Position numbers and translations under genes: made by a program. Shown here in pieces: positions 8,730 through 18,701 of a stretch of 64,000 nt of DNA. The notes beneath the pieces are model-generated. The model was given only the letters and a program-made list of their open reading frames with translations, searched no databases and had not been told where the DNA came from. The first letter of the stretch is position 1. Each line of letters opens with the position of its first letter. The stretch is from Promethearchaeota archaeon (GTDB lineage: Archaea > Asgardarchaeota > Lokiarchaeia > Sigyniarchaeales > SOKP01): assembly GCA_030599585.1 (NCBI GenBank), contig JAUVNS010000004.1, positions 160,001 to 224,000 of the forward strand, read 5' to 3'.

Positions 8730-11700
8730 CTACAAATCTTTAATTCTTTTTCGTCTCTCTTCTCGTCTTTTAGCAATTTTATCTCTAAGATCCTCTTCGT
8801 CTAATTTTGGAGAAACTTTTATCACTTCTAGTTCTTTTTTGATGCCTAATTCTTTTTTATAAATATTTATTTTGTCTTCAATTTCAAGGATGTATCTTTT
8901 TCCTATCTTCGTTTCAGTCAAGTTAAATATAGCTTCGTTTAATTCTGTAATAGCTTTCATAAATAAATTATTTGATAATGAGATTTGAGCTTTATCTAAA
9001 ACCAGATATGCTAACCTAAATTTATCGAAGTTTTCATCTCTATCGACATCACCATTAGTGATAATTGGAACCTGACTAGCGTTTTCCAACACTTCAATTT
9101 GTTTTTTCATCTCTTTGATCATTTTATCTTGATCTGTGTTTTCTATTTTCTTGATGACTTTCCTTAGAGCTAGTATTCCCTCGTTGTATTTAAGGTTCTT
9201 AATAATTTCATGGGCTTTGTCGCGCTCCTTTTGGATTAATTTTTCCCGCTGTTTCTTCTTTTCCTCTTTTCTTATTTGATCGAGTTCTTTTTGTTTTTCT
9301 TCGGCTTCCTTTAACAACTCTTCAAGCTCTTCCTTCTCTTCTACTTTCTTCTTCTGGTATGCTTTTAATTTTTCTGTTTGTTTCATTTCTTTTTTGAGCG
9401 TAATCATAAGGTCATTATTTATCCGGCTAACCTCGTGTTCCCATCCAATTTTTTTGAACAAGTCTCGTCCCATTATGTATTTCTCATAGGCATCTTCGAA
9501 CTTCTTACCGTCTTTCAATTTCGTTCCTGCTTCTAACAGTAGATAAGCTTTATCAGAAATTTCTCTCTCTCTTTCTTTACCCTCTTGAATTGCAGATAGT
9601 TCTCGTCTTCTCTGTTCTTGTTGCAAATCATGTAAATCTTTAGCTTTAGTGATCTGCTCTTCAAGCTGAGCTTCAATTCTAATTTTTTCAATTTTCTTCT
9701 GGGCTAATAATTTTTCCTCTCGCTCAAGTCTTTGCTTTTTCAGCTTAATGGCGTTAATAGACTCTTTAGTCATTTTACTGCCTTCAGGCCAATTTATTTC
9801 ATCAAATATTTGTTGACTTTCCTTGTAAAACTTAATAGCTTTGTCAAAATTGTTTTGCTTCAACTCTCTTTTAGCAAGATCCATAAATTTAAAAGCTTGT
9901 TCTTTTCTAGCTTCGTATTTCACTGCTCTTTTTCTTTTTTCTTCAAGTTCCTTTATTCTTACCTGTGAGAGTTCTTCTTTAGCCTTTTTTGCCTCAAGTA
10001 CTTCTTTTTCAAATCGTTTTATTTCTTCTTCTTGTTTAGCGGTCCGTTCTAGTTCTAAAGCTTTTAATCGCTTAAATTCTTCAAATTTTTTTTGATAGTA
10101 ATTAATTGAGTTTACTAATTGATCTGCTTGTTCAACCCAACCAATTTTTTCAAAATCGAGTTTTGCAGTTTTGTATATCTGAATAATGTCATTAAATGGG
10201 GATACTGCTAACGAAATTCCTTCCTTCTTCTTAATATCGTAATCTTTAGCCATCTTCTCAGCTTTAGATAATTTGCTAAAAATTTCTTCAGATTCTTTAG
10301 ATTTTGCTTCTCTTGATTTCTTTAATTCATCAATTCGTATTTCTTGAATAAGGTGGTCGTCTTTAGTAACCAAAACGGGTCTAATTTTAGATTCTTCTAT
10401 TTTTTGTAATTCAAAAGCTCGTAGGTTCTCATCTTTTTGTTTTTTGCTTTCGTAAAAACTTATTGTATTATTCAATTTTTGTGCTTCTTCATTCCATCCA
10501 ATTTTCTGTAGCATTTTACTTGCCGTTACATATGTATTGATTACTTCTTCGTATGGGCTCTTGTAGGAAAGAATATCTCTTTTAAGACTTACTTCATAAT
10601 TTCTAACTGCTTTTTCGGCTTCGTCAATTAGGTTTAATGCTTGTGTCATAATTTCGTCATTTTCTCTATTTTTACTACTAAGAGCGTCTAACTCTTCTAG
10701 TCTCAGTGGCTTAATTTCAGTGGGTGCTTTGAGAGATTCTTCAAATTCTTGCTGTTTTTTAGCTTTTTGAATCTCTAATTTACGCAATCGTTCATCCTTC
10801 TGAAATTTCTCTTGGTACAAAATAATTTGGTTTGCATATATCTCCGCCTCTTCTTTCCAACCTCTAGCATACACTTTTTTCCTCAAATTTTGATAAATCT
10901 CAGCAATTTTTAAAAACGGACATGTTTTATCAAATTGTCCTTTCATAATCGCCAGTTCGTACTCTCGAGCTTCTCTTTCAGCATCATCTATTATCTTATC
11001 TATTTCTTGCTCGAATATTTCTTCTTCCTGTTCTTTCTTAGTTAATTCTTCAATTTGTCTTAATTTTTTTCCATCATACACCGTTGGTGCTTTTTGAGCT
11101 TCAATAAATTGTTGTTGTTTTTTGACTTTCTCAGATTCAATCTTCCTCAGTTTTTTATCTTTTTCTAGTTTATCTTGATATATTTTTATTTGATTTGTAT
11201 AGATGAGTCCTTGGTCAGTCCAACCTTTTTCCACGATTTTTTTTCTTAAATGAGTATATATTTCGATTATTTCGAGATAAGGTGAATTTTCGATCAGTTT
11301 TCCTTCCTTTAACGCTTTTTTCATCTCTATATCGTAATTTCTTGCCTTTTTCTCTGCCTTTTCGACAAGCTCAGTTATTTTTTTTTGAAACTCTTGCTCT
11401 TCACCATTCAGTTTTCTTTTAAACTCTAAATCTTTTAGTCTTTGTGGTGTTATTACACTATCCGCTTTAATCTTTAAAGAATCTTCGAATTCTTTTTGCT
11501 TTTTAATCTTCTGAAGCTCAAGCTCACGCAATTTTTTATCTTTTTCCCATTTTTCTTGATATACCTTAACTTGATTAGTGTAAATTGCGACTTGGTCTTT
11601 CCATCCTTTCGAAATAACGCTATCTCGTATTTTATTGTACATTTCAATAATTTTACTAAAAGGTGATTCCTCTATTAACTTGCCCTTCTTAAGTTCCTTT

Positions 11701-13580
11701 TTTAGGGCTATTTCGTAATCTCTTGCCATTTTTTCTGCCCTTTCGACAAGTTCGATAAGTTCCAATTGAAATTTCTTATCATCAGCACCTTCTATCCTTC
11801 GTTTTTCTAAATGGGTTAAATTCTCAATGTCAATGCTTTCTTTCTGAACTTTGCGATATTCTTCAAATGTTTTTTGATCTTGATTTTTCTTAGCTTCGAT
11901 TTCTCTTATTTTGATATCTCTTTCATCTAATTCATTATATTTCCTAATCTGGCTTGAATAAATGGCTGCATCATCGTTCCATCCTTTTTCTAACGCTTTA
12001 TCTTTTGCTACAGTATATATTTTTAGGATTTCAGGATATTTTGAAGCGATATTCAAATTACCACTTTTAGCAGCTTTTTTAAATGCTACCTCATACTCCC
12101 TCGCCATTTTATCTGCCAATTTTATAGAGTCATTAAGAGTTTCTTTAAGTTTTTCAATTTCAATCTCTTTTCTCTTCTGTTCTTTTAGAGTTTTTAGTTT
12201 TTCGGGATCAATTTCGGCAACCAAAGTATCTTTTTTGATTTTTTGGCTTTCATCGAATAATTTTTGTTTTTGAATCTTCTGAGCTTCCATGTGGCGTAAT
12301 TTTTTATCTTTCTCTAAAAGAATCTGATAGTGTTGTATTTGATCTTCGTATAATTTTACTTGATCCTTCCATCCTTTTTCCTTTGTTTTATCCCTAACTT
12401 CCTGATAGATTTTTATTACGCTAGGATAAGCGCATTCTTTAACTATATTTCCTTTATTGATGGATTTTTTTAAGTTTAGTTCATATTCTCTCACTAACTT
12501 TTCTGCGTAATCTATCATATCGGTGAGATTGTTTTGAAAAATTTCCTCTTCCTGTTTTGTCTCAATCTGTTTCCTTATTTTAACTGCTTGAGCTTTTTGT
12601 TTCAAATTTTCTTCGATGGTTGAGCGTTCAATTAATTGAGCTTCTTGCTTTTTTTTTTCTTCGAGTTCTTGTTCTTCCCGTACTCGGATTTGTTGAAGTT
12701 CCAGTTTATAGTTTTCTTTATCTCTCTCTACTTGCTCCTTCATATTTTCGATTTTTTTAACTTCATTTAACCAATTTATTTCTTTAAATAACAAAATACT
12801 TTTTTCAAATAAGCCTATCGCTTGATCAAATTGGCGTATCTTTCTCAATTCTGTGGCTTTTCCAATAAGTTCATAGGCTTGGTTAGACAATTCATTTTCT
12901 TTCTTTTTCGTATCTTCATATACTTTTAATTTTTTTGCTTTTAACTCTAATTCAGATGTGTCATTTCCCGTAGCTTCTATGCCCTGATTATCTTCTTCAA
13001 TAGGCGAAGATTTTTGCTTTCTTAAGTAATCTGCTTTCCTATTGTAGCAATCTTCAATCAATTCATTTATTTTTTCTATTTCTAACCTTTTATTTAATTT
13101 TTTAAGTATGCTAATGGCATCGTCATAAGTATCAAGGGCTTGATCAAAGTTTCGGTTGTTAACAAACTCTATTGCTTCAACTATTAGCGTATCTGCTTGG
13201 TCATACAAATTATCCTCGTCTTGCTCCGATATTTCTTCTCCTTGAATGCTTTCATATTCGTCTTTAGTCTCTAATTCGCGTTTTTTAAAGTTTTCTTCTC
13301 TTAGTATGTAAATCTCTGAAATTTTCCCTTTTATAGCCTCGACTTCTGCTTCCCTATTAATTTGAGAATATAACCCAATAGCTTGACGAAAAATTTCGAT
13401 ACTATCGTCATAGAATTGTGACTCTACTAACGATAACGCGTGTTTAACTAGTTCTAACGCTTCAGAAGCTATTTCCTTCTCAATATCTCCCATATCTGAG
13501 AAGAATGCTTCTTTTGTTGGATCTGGATCGTTTTCATTAAAATCTAGCTTACCTCCCTTTTCTCCATCACGATTTACCAT
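8730..13580 (-). CDS. Large all-helical repeat/coiled-coil protein with TPR/MIT-like units
   Basis: 1616 aa, K/E-rich; seven ~125-130-aa repeats AEKxAxxY...PY/F..IY...GW...Y...KD.KLR. Confidence 0.8.
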   Translation of the reverse strand: MVNRDGEKGGKLDFNENDPDPTKEAFFSDMGDIEKEIASEALELVKHALSLVESQFYDDSIEIFRQAIGLYSQINREAEVEAIKGKISEIYILREENFKKRELETKDEYESIQGEEISEQDEDNLYDQADTLIVEAIEFVNNRNFDQALDTYDDAISILKKLNKRLEIEKINELIEDCYNRKADYLRKQKSSPIEEDNQGIEATGNDTSELELKAKKLKVYEDTKKKENELSNQAYELIGKATELRKIRQFDQAIGLFEKSILLFKEINWLNEVKKIENMKEQVERDKENYKLELQQIRVREEQELEEKKKQEAQLIERSTIEENLKQKAQAVKIRKQIETKQEEEIFQNNLTDMIDYAEKLVREYELNLKKSINKGNIVKECAYPSVIKIYQEVRDKTKEKGWKDQVKLYEDQIQHYQILLEKDKKLRHMEAQKIQKQKLFDESQKIKKDTLVAEIDPEKLKTLKEQKRKEIEIEKLKETLNDSIKLADKMAREYEVAFKKAAKSGNLNIASKYPEILKIYTVAKDKALEKGWNDDAAIYSSQIRKYNELDERDIKIREIEAKKNQDQKTFEEYRKVQKESIDIENLTHLEKRRIEGADDKKFQLELIELVERAEKMARDYEIALKKELKKGKLIEESPFSKIIEMYNKIRDSVISKGWKDQVAIYTNQVKVYQEKWEKDKKLRELELQKIKKQKEFEDSLKIKADSVITPQRLKDLEFKRKLNGEEQEFQKKITELVEKAEKKARNYDIEMKKALKEGKLIENSPYLEIIEIYTHLRKKIVEKGWTDQGLIYTNQIKIYQDKLEKDKKLRKIESEKVKKQQQFIEAQKAPTVYDGKKLRQIEELTKKEQEEEIFEQEIDKIIDDAEREAREYELAIMKGQFDKTCPFLKIAEIYQNLRKKVYARGWKEEAEIYANQIILYQEKFQKDERLRKLEIQKAKKQQEFEESLKAPTEIKPLRLEELDALSSKNRENDEIMTQALNLIDEAEKAVRNYEVSLKRDILSYKSPYEEVINTYVTASKMLQKIGWNEEAQKLNNTISFYESKKQKDENLRAFELQKIEESKIRPVLVTKDDHLIQEIRIDELKKSREAKSKESEEIFSKLSKAEKMAKDYDIKKKEGISLAVSPFNDIIQIYKTAKLDFEKIGWVEQADQLVNSINYYQKKFEEFKRLKALELERTAKQEEEIKRFEKEVLEAKKAKEELSQVRIKELEEKRKRAVKYEARKEQAFKFMDLAKRELKQNNFDKAIKFYKESQQIFDEINWPEGSKMTKESINAIKLKKQRLEREEKLLAQKKIEKIRIEAQLEEQITKAKDLHDLQQEQRRRELSAIQEGKEREREISDKAYLLLEAGTKLKDGKKFEDAYEKYIMGRDLFKKIGWEHEVSRINNDLMITLKKEMKQTEKLKAYQKKKVEEKEELEELLKEAEEKQKELDQIRKEEKKKQREKLIQKERDKAHEIIKNLKYNEGILALRKVIKKIENTDQDKMIKEMKKQIEVLENASQVPIITNGDVDRDENFDKFRLAYLVLDKAQISLSNNLFMKAITELNEAIFNLTETKIGKRYILEIEDKINIYKKELGIKKELEVIKVSPKLDEEDLRDKIAKRREERRKRIKDL

Positions 13581-13725
13581 TTTCCATCATCCTTAAAAAA
13601 ATCCTTTTTCTTCTAATTCAAATAATAAAATTGTAAAATTAAATATAATATTTAGCGATAAATTTTAATATCATTTATAAACAAAAACAACTCTATAAAG
13701 CCATACTTGGATTGACTAAAGCTTT

Positions 13726-14130
13726 TCAAAGTTCAATCTTACCAAGAGTCTTGTTTAAATAATCGTCGCAGACTTTTTCCCCCTCAACCGTTAAAGTCCA
13801 CCCGTTTGAATCTTTTTTAACCAGACGCAGATCTTCTGAACTTCTCAAAATCTCGTGAACTTCTTCTTCAATTTTACGTATATTGAAATCAATTCTTAAA
13901 CTAAATAGAATTTCATCCAAAGGAACTGGACGCCCTAGTTCATCTTCCATTACTCCCAGAGCTGCAATTATTTGTTGTTGTTCTCCTATAGCACCCTCCA
14001 TTTTCATCGATTGCTCGTCAAGTAACCAAGGAAACTTATCCAGCATCTTTTTAATTCCTTTTTCATTACCGCTTGCGAACATTTCGTTAAATTGTTCCCG
14101 AATTTTTTTCTTGTTAACCATAGAGAGCAC
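13726..14130 (-). CDS. Hypothetical protein, probable C-terminal winged helix
   Basis: LVKKDSNGWTLTVEG wing pattern; AGGTG SD precedes the ATG at 14121. Confidence 0.65.
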   Translation of the reverse strand: MLSMVNKKKIREQFNEMFASGNEKGIKKMLDKFPWLLDEQSMKMEGAIGEQQQIIAALGVMEDELGRPVPLDEILFSLRIDFNIRKIEEEVHEILRSSEDLRLVKKDSNGWTLTVEGEKVCDDYLNKTLGKIEL

Positions 14131-14252
14131 CTATATTTCTAAAAAGAAAATCCTATATATTAGTGATTATCATTTATATTAGATATATTATTTAAAAAAA
14201 AATTAATCTTTTTAATCTTAAGCATAAAAAAGCAAACTGATGATTTTAAAAT

Positions 14253-17200
14253 ATGGCAAAAAAATCTAAAAAATCTTGCAATAGACATAAGACTTTCAAT
14301 TATTATTGCGAAGATTGTCAAAGAATAAATCAATTTACTGAGGAGAGATTCCAATACAGCCGTTTTAAAGGTAAAGTTAGCTACCGTAGATACATTCTCA
14401 TTGCAATTGTAGTTGTTGCGATAATTGCTGCGTTAGGAGTGTTCTGGTTGTGGCCTGCATGGTATGGGGATATGAGTCTTAACGCACAATTGTATAACGA
14501 TAAAGCAGGTGGATTAGATTACTTTAATTTCTTTTTCTTAAACGGGTGGTCTACAAAATTCATATTTAACTGGACTGCCTTAATCGGAGCTATTATAGGA
14601 AGCATAATAATGAGCATACCTCCAGAGAGAAACCTATTAACTCTAATAGGGACAAAACTACGATTTGGAAAACCAACTAGGGGAAAATCCTTACTATTTT
14701 GGTGGACAATTGGATTTGTAATGTTCTACTTTTTAGGTTTACTCTTAAATGTTAATAGTGGTGGTTTTTCTTGGACACTTTATTTAATTGACAATGGAGA
14801 AATAGTTTTATCGCCCAATCTAATCCTTGACGCATTCAACGTAATTTTCAACCAAAACAGCATAGATTTCGTTACTATTTACATCTACTCTAACCTACTT
14901 GTTCCAATAATAAGCTTTATAATGGGAGTTATCATATTTCGATTAATTCTTAATGTTGCCAAGTATGTGTATCTACGGAGAAACGATTATTTAGTAATGG
15001 GAAATGTTTTAGTTATTATCGGCCTAGTGTGTGGATTAGTATTCGTTTATATTCCTACGCTTTCTTTGGACGGTATAAATGTGATTCAAATCCTTGCGCT
15101 CATTTTCGGATTTTTCTCGATTACCGCTTTAGGCACCATTATATGTATATTTGGAAAAAGAAAATATAAAAAAGACTCTAAGAACTATATATTTGCGCCG
15201 TACTCCCAAAAAAAACTGATTTTTGTAATAGTAGTCATAGTCGTCTTTACAATCTCACCATTGATATTCAGTATTGGACCGTTGTTAAACTTAAATAACA
15301 CGGCGGTGTGGACAGAACAACAATGGACAAAAAAATACAAAAGAGAAGTCGAGTGGACGAGACTTGCTGCGGGATTAGATATGTTTGAGGAACGACCAAT
15401 TCAAAACTTTACAGAATCATCCACAACTTTAGATGCGGAAATGGTCTCAAAAGTTAGGCAATTCGATCAAAATTTTGCTGTCCAATACCTTGCTGCTTCA
15501 ATAGGTTCCACTTTTGAAGGACTCGCTGACTCTGACATCATCTATATTAATAACAAAGAATACTGGGTTGCACCAAAAACGGTTAGATTTTCTGAAATTA
15601 CTGGCGATGCTGTCCAGACTAATACAGAATTGTATGATCATGTGGAAGGATTTCTCGCTATGGATACCTTTACTGGCGATTTAGTGAATGTAACAGAAAC
15701 TTTTAATATCACTGAGAATTACCCGATCTTTTTTGGGGAAAGTGAAAGTCAAAGGTATCTTGAACAGACATTAGGATTCTTCGAAGAAGGATCGCTGGGA
15801 GCATACGATTCTGACATAATACTTGGTACAGAATGGTCACTTGGTATTCCTAATAACGAATTTCGATATGAAGGAGATCCAGACGGGACCTTAACTGGCC
15901 TAGAAGGCTTTTGGAAAACATTAAATATAGGATTATTCGCATACGCATTTCAAACTGATCATCAATACTTAATTAATAGAAATGTAAGAAATAGAGTAAG
16001 TGAAATACTTCTTCCTCAATTAAGAATTGATAACGATCCATACTTAGTTTTCAACATGATCCAAGGCAAAATGTATTACGCTGTTTCGATATATACTTAC
16101 ATAAATGTTGGTTCTTATGCCCAATTTCCAATATTAAGGTTCTTAGGTATCAGCTTGGTTGATGTGATAAGTGGAGAAATGACTTTTTATCAAAATCCAA
16201 CTTTAGAAACATCAAACGATCCAACATATCCTCTCTGGAAAATTTATGTAGATCAATATAATTGGCAAGCAACTCCAACATGGTTAGAAGAACAATTACG
16301 ATATCCTGAAGACTTGTTTGAATTACAATTAGAAGCAAATTATATCTACCATGTGCAAAATTCAGTATCTTGGAGAAGAGCAGACGATTTCCACGAAAGA
16401 CCTGAAGACGGTGATTTATTCTACATAGAATCTGATTTAGGAGATGGAATTGAGTATATTGGTTTAGATTTAGTGGAATACAAAGGTCTAACAGCAACCC
16501 TTCTAGCTGGAATGTACGTGATACGACATGGCACTCATTTTGGTGAAGCTATTTTTTACTATACCAGAGACTCAGGGGAAAATCTTATTGGCCCGAAAAC
16601 TGCCAGAGAAACATATGGATCCGAAGCAACTCAAGAAATTTCCTTGATTTCAGGTGCTCGTAATGGAAATACATTGCTCTATCCAATTGGTGGTTCTATC
16701 TACTATTATATTCCAACATATAGCACCGCAGGTAGTCTACAGCAATTGAAACTCGCTGGATTCGTTGAGGCTTTTAGTCGCGACGTCGGATATGGAGATA
16801 GCGCTCTAGAGGCTTATGTTAACTTGAATTTGACAGGTGATGAGGCTCCATCTAATCTAACTATATCCTATAATTTTGAGATGGAATCCTCAATGAATTA
16901 CCCCGAAGATCCAGCTAATTTCGTAATAAATATACAGAATCTAGATACTAATTTTTCTGCCCCAATTGTGAATGTAAAAGTTAACCTTTCTATCTATAGT
17001 TCAACAACCAACAATGTAGATTACAATCTAATTCTACCAGATTATCTCAATCCAATCCAAAATACAACTTACATAGACGGAATTTATACCCGAGTTAATT
17101 TCACTGTCGTCGACACAACCCTCTATTTTGGAGAGGGCTTAGTTCTCAATGGATTTCTGAATACCACAAAAGGAAATGTGATAGTCTTCTATAAATGGAA

Positions 17201-17264
17201 TTTAATTGTAGATGGTATAATGATCTACGAATCTCCTGTTAACTTTTTATCCGTATTTGAATAA
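14253..17264 (+). CDS. UPF0182-like membrane protein
   Basis: N-terminal TM bundle, WTRLAAGLD, PIFFGE, RIDNDPY, QLRYPEDLFELQ, YHV, NGNTLLYP motifs. Confidence 0.75.
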   Translation: MAKKSKKSCNRHKTFNYYCEDCQRINQFTEERFQYSRFKGKVSYRRYILIAIVVVAIIAALGVFWLWPAWYGDMSLNAQLYNDKAGGLDYFNFFFLNGWSTKFIFNWTALIGAIIGSIIMSIPPERNLLTLIGTKLRFGKPTRGKSLLFWWTIGFVMFYFLGLLLNVNSGGFSWTLYLIDNGEIVLSPNLILDAFNVIFNQNSIDFVTIYIYSNLLVPIISFIMGVIIFRLILNVAKYVYLRRNDYLVMGNVLVIIGLVCGLVFVYIPTLSLDGINVIQILALIFGFFSITALGTIICIFGKRKYKKDSKNYIFAPYSQKKLIFVIVVIVVFTISPLIFSIGPLLNLNNTAVWTEQQWTKKYKREVEWTRLAAGLDMFEERPIQNFTESSTTLDAEMVSKVRQFDQNFAVQYLAASIGSTFEGLADSDIIYINNKEYWVAPKTVRFSEITGDAVQTNTELYDHVEGFLAMDTFTGDLVNVTETFNITENYPIFFGESESQRYLEQTLGFFEEGSLGAYDSDIILGTEWSLGIPNNEFRYEGDPDGTLTGLEGFWKTLNIGLFAYAFQTDHQYLINRNVRNRVSEILLPQLRIDNDPYLVFNMIQGKMYYAVSIYTYINVGSYAQFPILRFLGISLVDVISGEMTFYQNPTLETSNDPTYPLWKIYVDQYNWQATPTWLEEQLRYPEDLFELQLEANYIYHVQNSVSWRRADDFHERPEDGDLFYIESDLGDGIEYIGLDLVEYKGLTATLLAGMYVIRHGTHFGEAIFYYTRDSGENLIGPKTARETYGSEATQEISLISGARNGNTLLYPIGGSIYYYIPTYSTAGSLQQLKLAGFVEAFSRDVGYGDSALEAYVNLNLTGDEAPSNLTISYNFEMESSMNYPEDPANFVINIQNLDTNFSAPIVNVKVNLSIYSSTTNNVDYNLILPDYLNPIQNTTYIDGIYTRVNFTVVDTTLYFGEGLVLNGFLNTTKGNVIVFYKWNLIVDGIMIYESPVNFLSVFE

Positions 17265-17325
17265 CTAATTTTTTTTTTTATTAAAAATAAGAAAAATCCA
17301 ATAAAATAAATTATAAAGAGAAAAC

Positions 17326-17374
17326 TTATTCTTGGATTTTCGTTAAAAATTGTTCTATTTCGTCTTTTGAGCAC
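17326..17374 (-). pseudogene. Remnant of a proteasome alpha 3' end (CSKDEIEQFLTKIQE*)
   Basis: aattgttctatttcgtcttttgagcac (17348-17374) matches psmA 17921-17947 with one mismatch; own stop at 17326-17328. Confidence 0.8.
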
Positions 17375-17651
17375 CTCTACTGAGATCACTACTAATCTTA
17401 ATGTAAGTTACGACTTAATTTTACCACCATACTTGTATCCAATTGAAAATTCTACTTATGTAGATTTTCCTAACACGGTTACAAACTTCACAGTAGTCGA
17501 TACTACTCTATATTTTGGTGAAGGATTAGTATTAAATGGATTCGTGAATACAACAATAGAAGGCATAATCATTTTCTATAAATGGACCTTAATTGTAAAT
17601 GGTGCGATTATCTACACTTCTCCAGATAACCTGATATATGTATATGCATAA
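17367..17651 (+). pseudogene. Diverged duplicate of the last ~90 codons of the UPF0182-like gene
   Basis: NFTVVDTTLYFGEGLVLNGF identical in protein with synonymous DNA differences; same ataactaattttttt after the stop; apparent TTG start lies inside the psmA remnant. Confidence 0.8.
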
Positions 17652-17790
17652 CTAATTTTTTTTTTTTAATATTTCTTTTAAATTTATCAAATATCGATTC
17701 ATAAAAAAAGATTTTAAATCAAGTAATGCCAGTTTTATGAAGGAGAAATTAAAAATTTCGAAATAGAATCCTCTTATATAAAGTTTTAAT

Positions 17791-18633
17791 TTAAGTTTTA
17801 GGTTCTTCTTTAGGTTCTTCTTTAGGTTCTTCTTTAGGTTCTTCTTTAGGTTCTTCTTTAGGTTCTTCTTTAGGTTCTTCTTTAGGTTCTTCTTTAGGTT
17901 CTTCCTTTATAAGATTCAAGAATTGCTCTATTTCGTCTTTTGAGCACATGTGGAATTTCTTATCTTCAGATTTTATGTAAGCTAACCGTGTGTTTTCTTT
18001 GGTTGGGGTCTCATTAATGGACTCTTTAAGCGTTTTCAAAGTAAATGTTACTGTCTCATCAAATGTCATGTTCTCTTTGTAATTTTCTTTCAAGTAATCT
18101 CTCGCTGTAGCTTCTCCTCTACCCAACGCGTAAGCTTTAAACGATCGATAAATTCCGCTTGGAGATGTTGTGTAAATTTGAGGTCCTGAGGGATCAATGG
18201 CAATAAAGAACAGAGCACATCCAAAAGGTCTAATACCTCCAAACTGGGTGTATTGCTGCTTAATATCTGCTAAGGTTTTAACCAGCATATTTAATCTGAC
18301 CGGTTCATCGTAAGTTAAACGGAAAGATTGGGCTTGAACTCGCGCTAAATTAATTAAAGTTCTTGAGTCTGCGTGCAATCCAGAAATAGCTACACCAACA
18401 TGTTCATCCACCTGAAACAATTTATCAATTGAGTCTGCATCAATTAACTTCGAAGGGATTTTAATTTGAGCAGCTAAGCAAACTGAATCTTTTGATTTTG
18501 CTGCTACTGCTAAAGTACCCCGTCTTACAGCTTCTAAGGCATATTCTACTTGAAATAAACGCCCCTCAGGGCTGAAAACCGTTAAAGCTCGATCGTAAGT
18601 GCGACCTCCTCCACCAAACATAATTTTAGCCAA
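17791..18633 (-). CDS. psmA: Proteasome subunit alpha
   Basis: YDRALTVFSPEGRLFQVEYA, GIRPFG; C-terminal (EEPK)9. Confidence 0.96.
   Translation of the reverse strand: MAKIMFGGGGRTYDRALTVFSPEGRLFQVEYALEAVRRGTLAVAAKSKDSVCLAAQIKIPSKLIDADSIDKLFQVDEHVGVAISGLHADSRTLINLARVQAQSFRLTYDEPVRLNMLVKTLADIKQQYTQFGGIRPFGCALFFIAIDPSGPQIYTTSPSGIYRSFKAYALGRGEATARDYLKENYKENMTFDETVTFTLKTLKESINETPTKENTRLAYIKSEDKKFHMCSKDEIEQFLNLIKEEPKEEPKEEPKEEPKEEPKEEPKEEPKEEPKEEPKT
17797..17904. repeat. Perfect 12-bp tandem repeat x9 (tttaggttcttc) encoding EEPK
   Basis: Counted directly: 108 bp. Confidence 0.95.
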
Positions 18634-18701
18634 ATATTATTTGATATTTGTATTTAAAAAATTAAATAAACAATTTTAATTTATTGTTTATACCTTAAAA
18701 A

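Noticed and set aside
17367-17651. Duplicate C-terminus as DGR template or variable cassette
   Set aside because: No reverse transcriptase or recombinase nearby, and differences are not adenine-specific.
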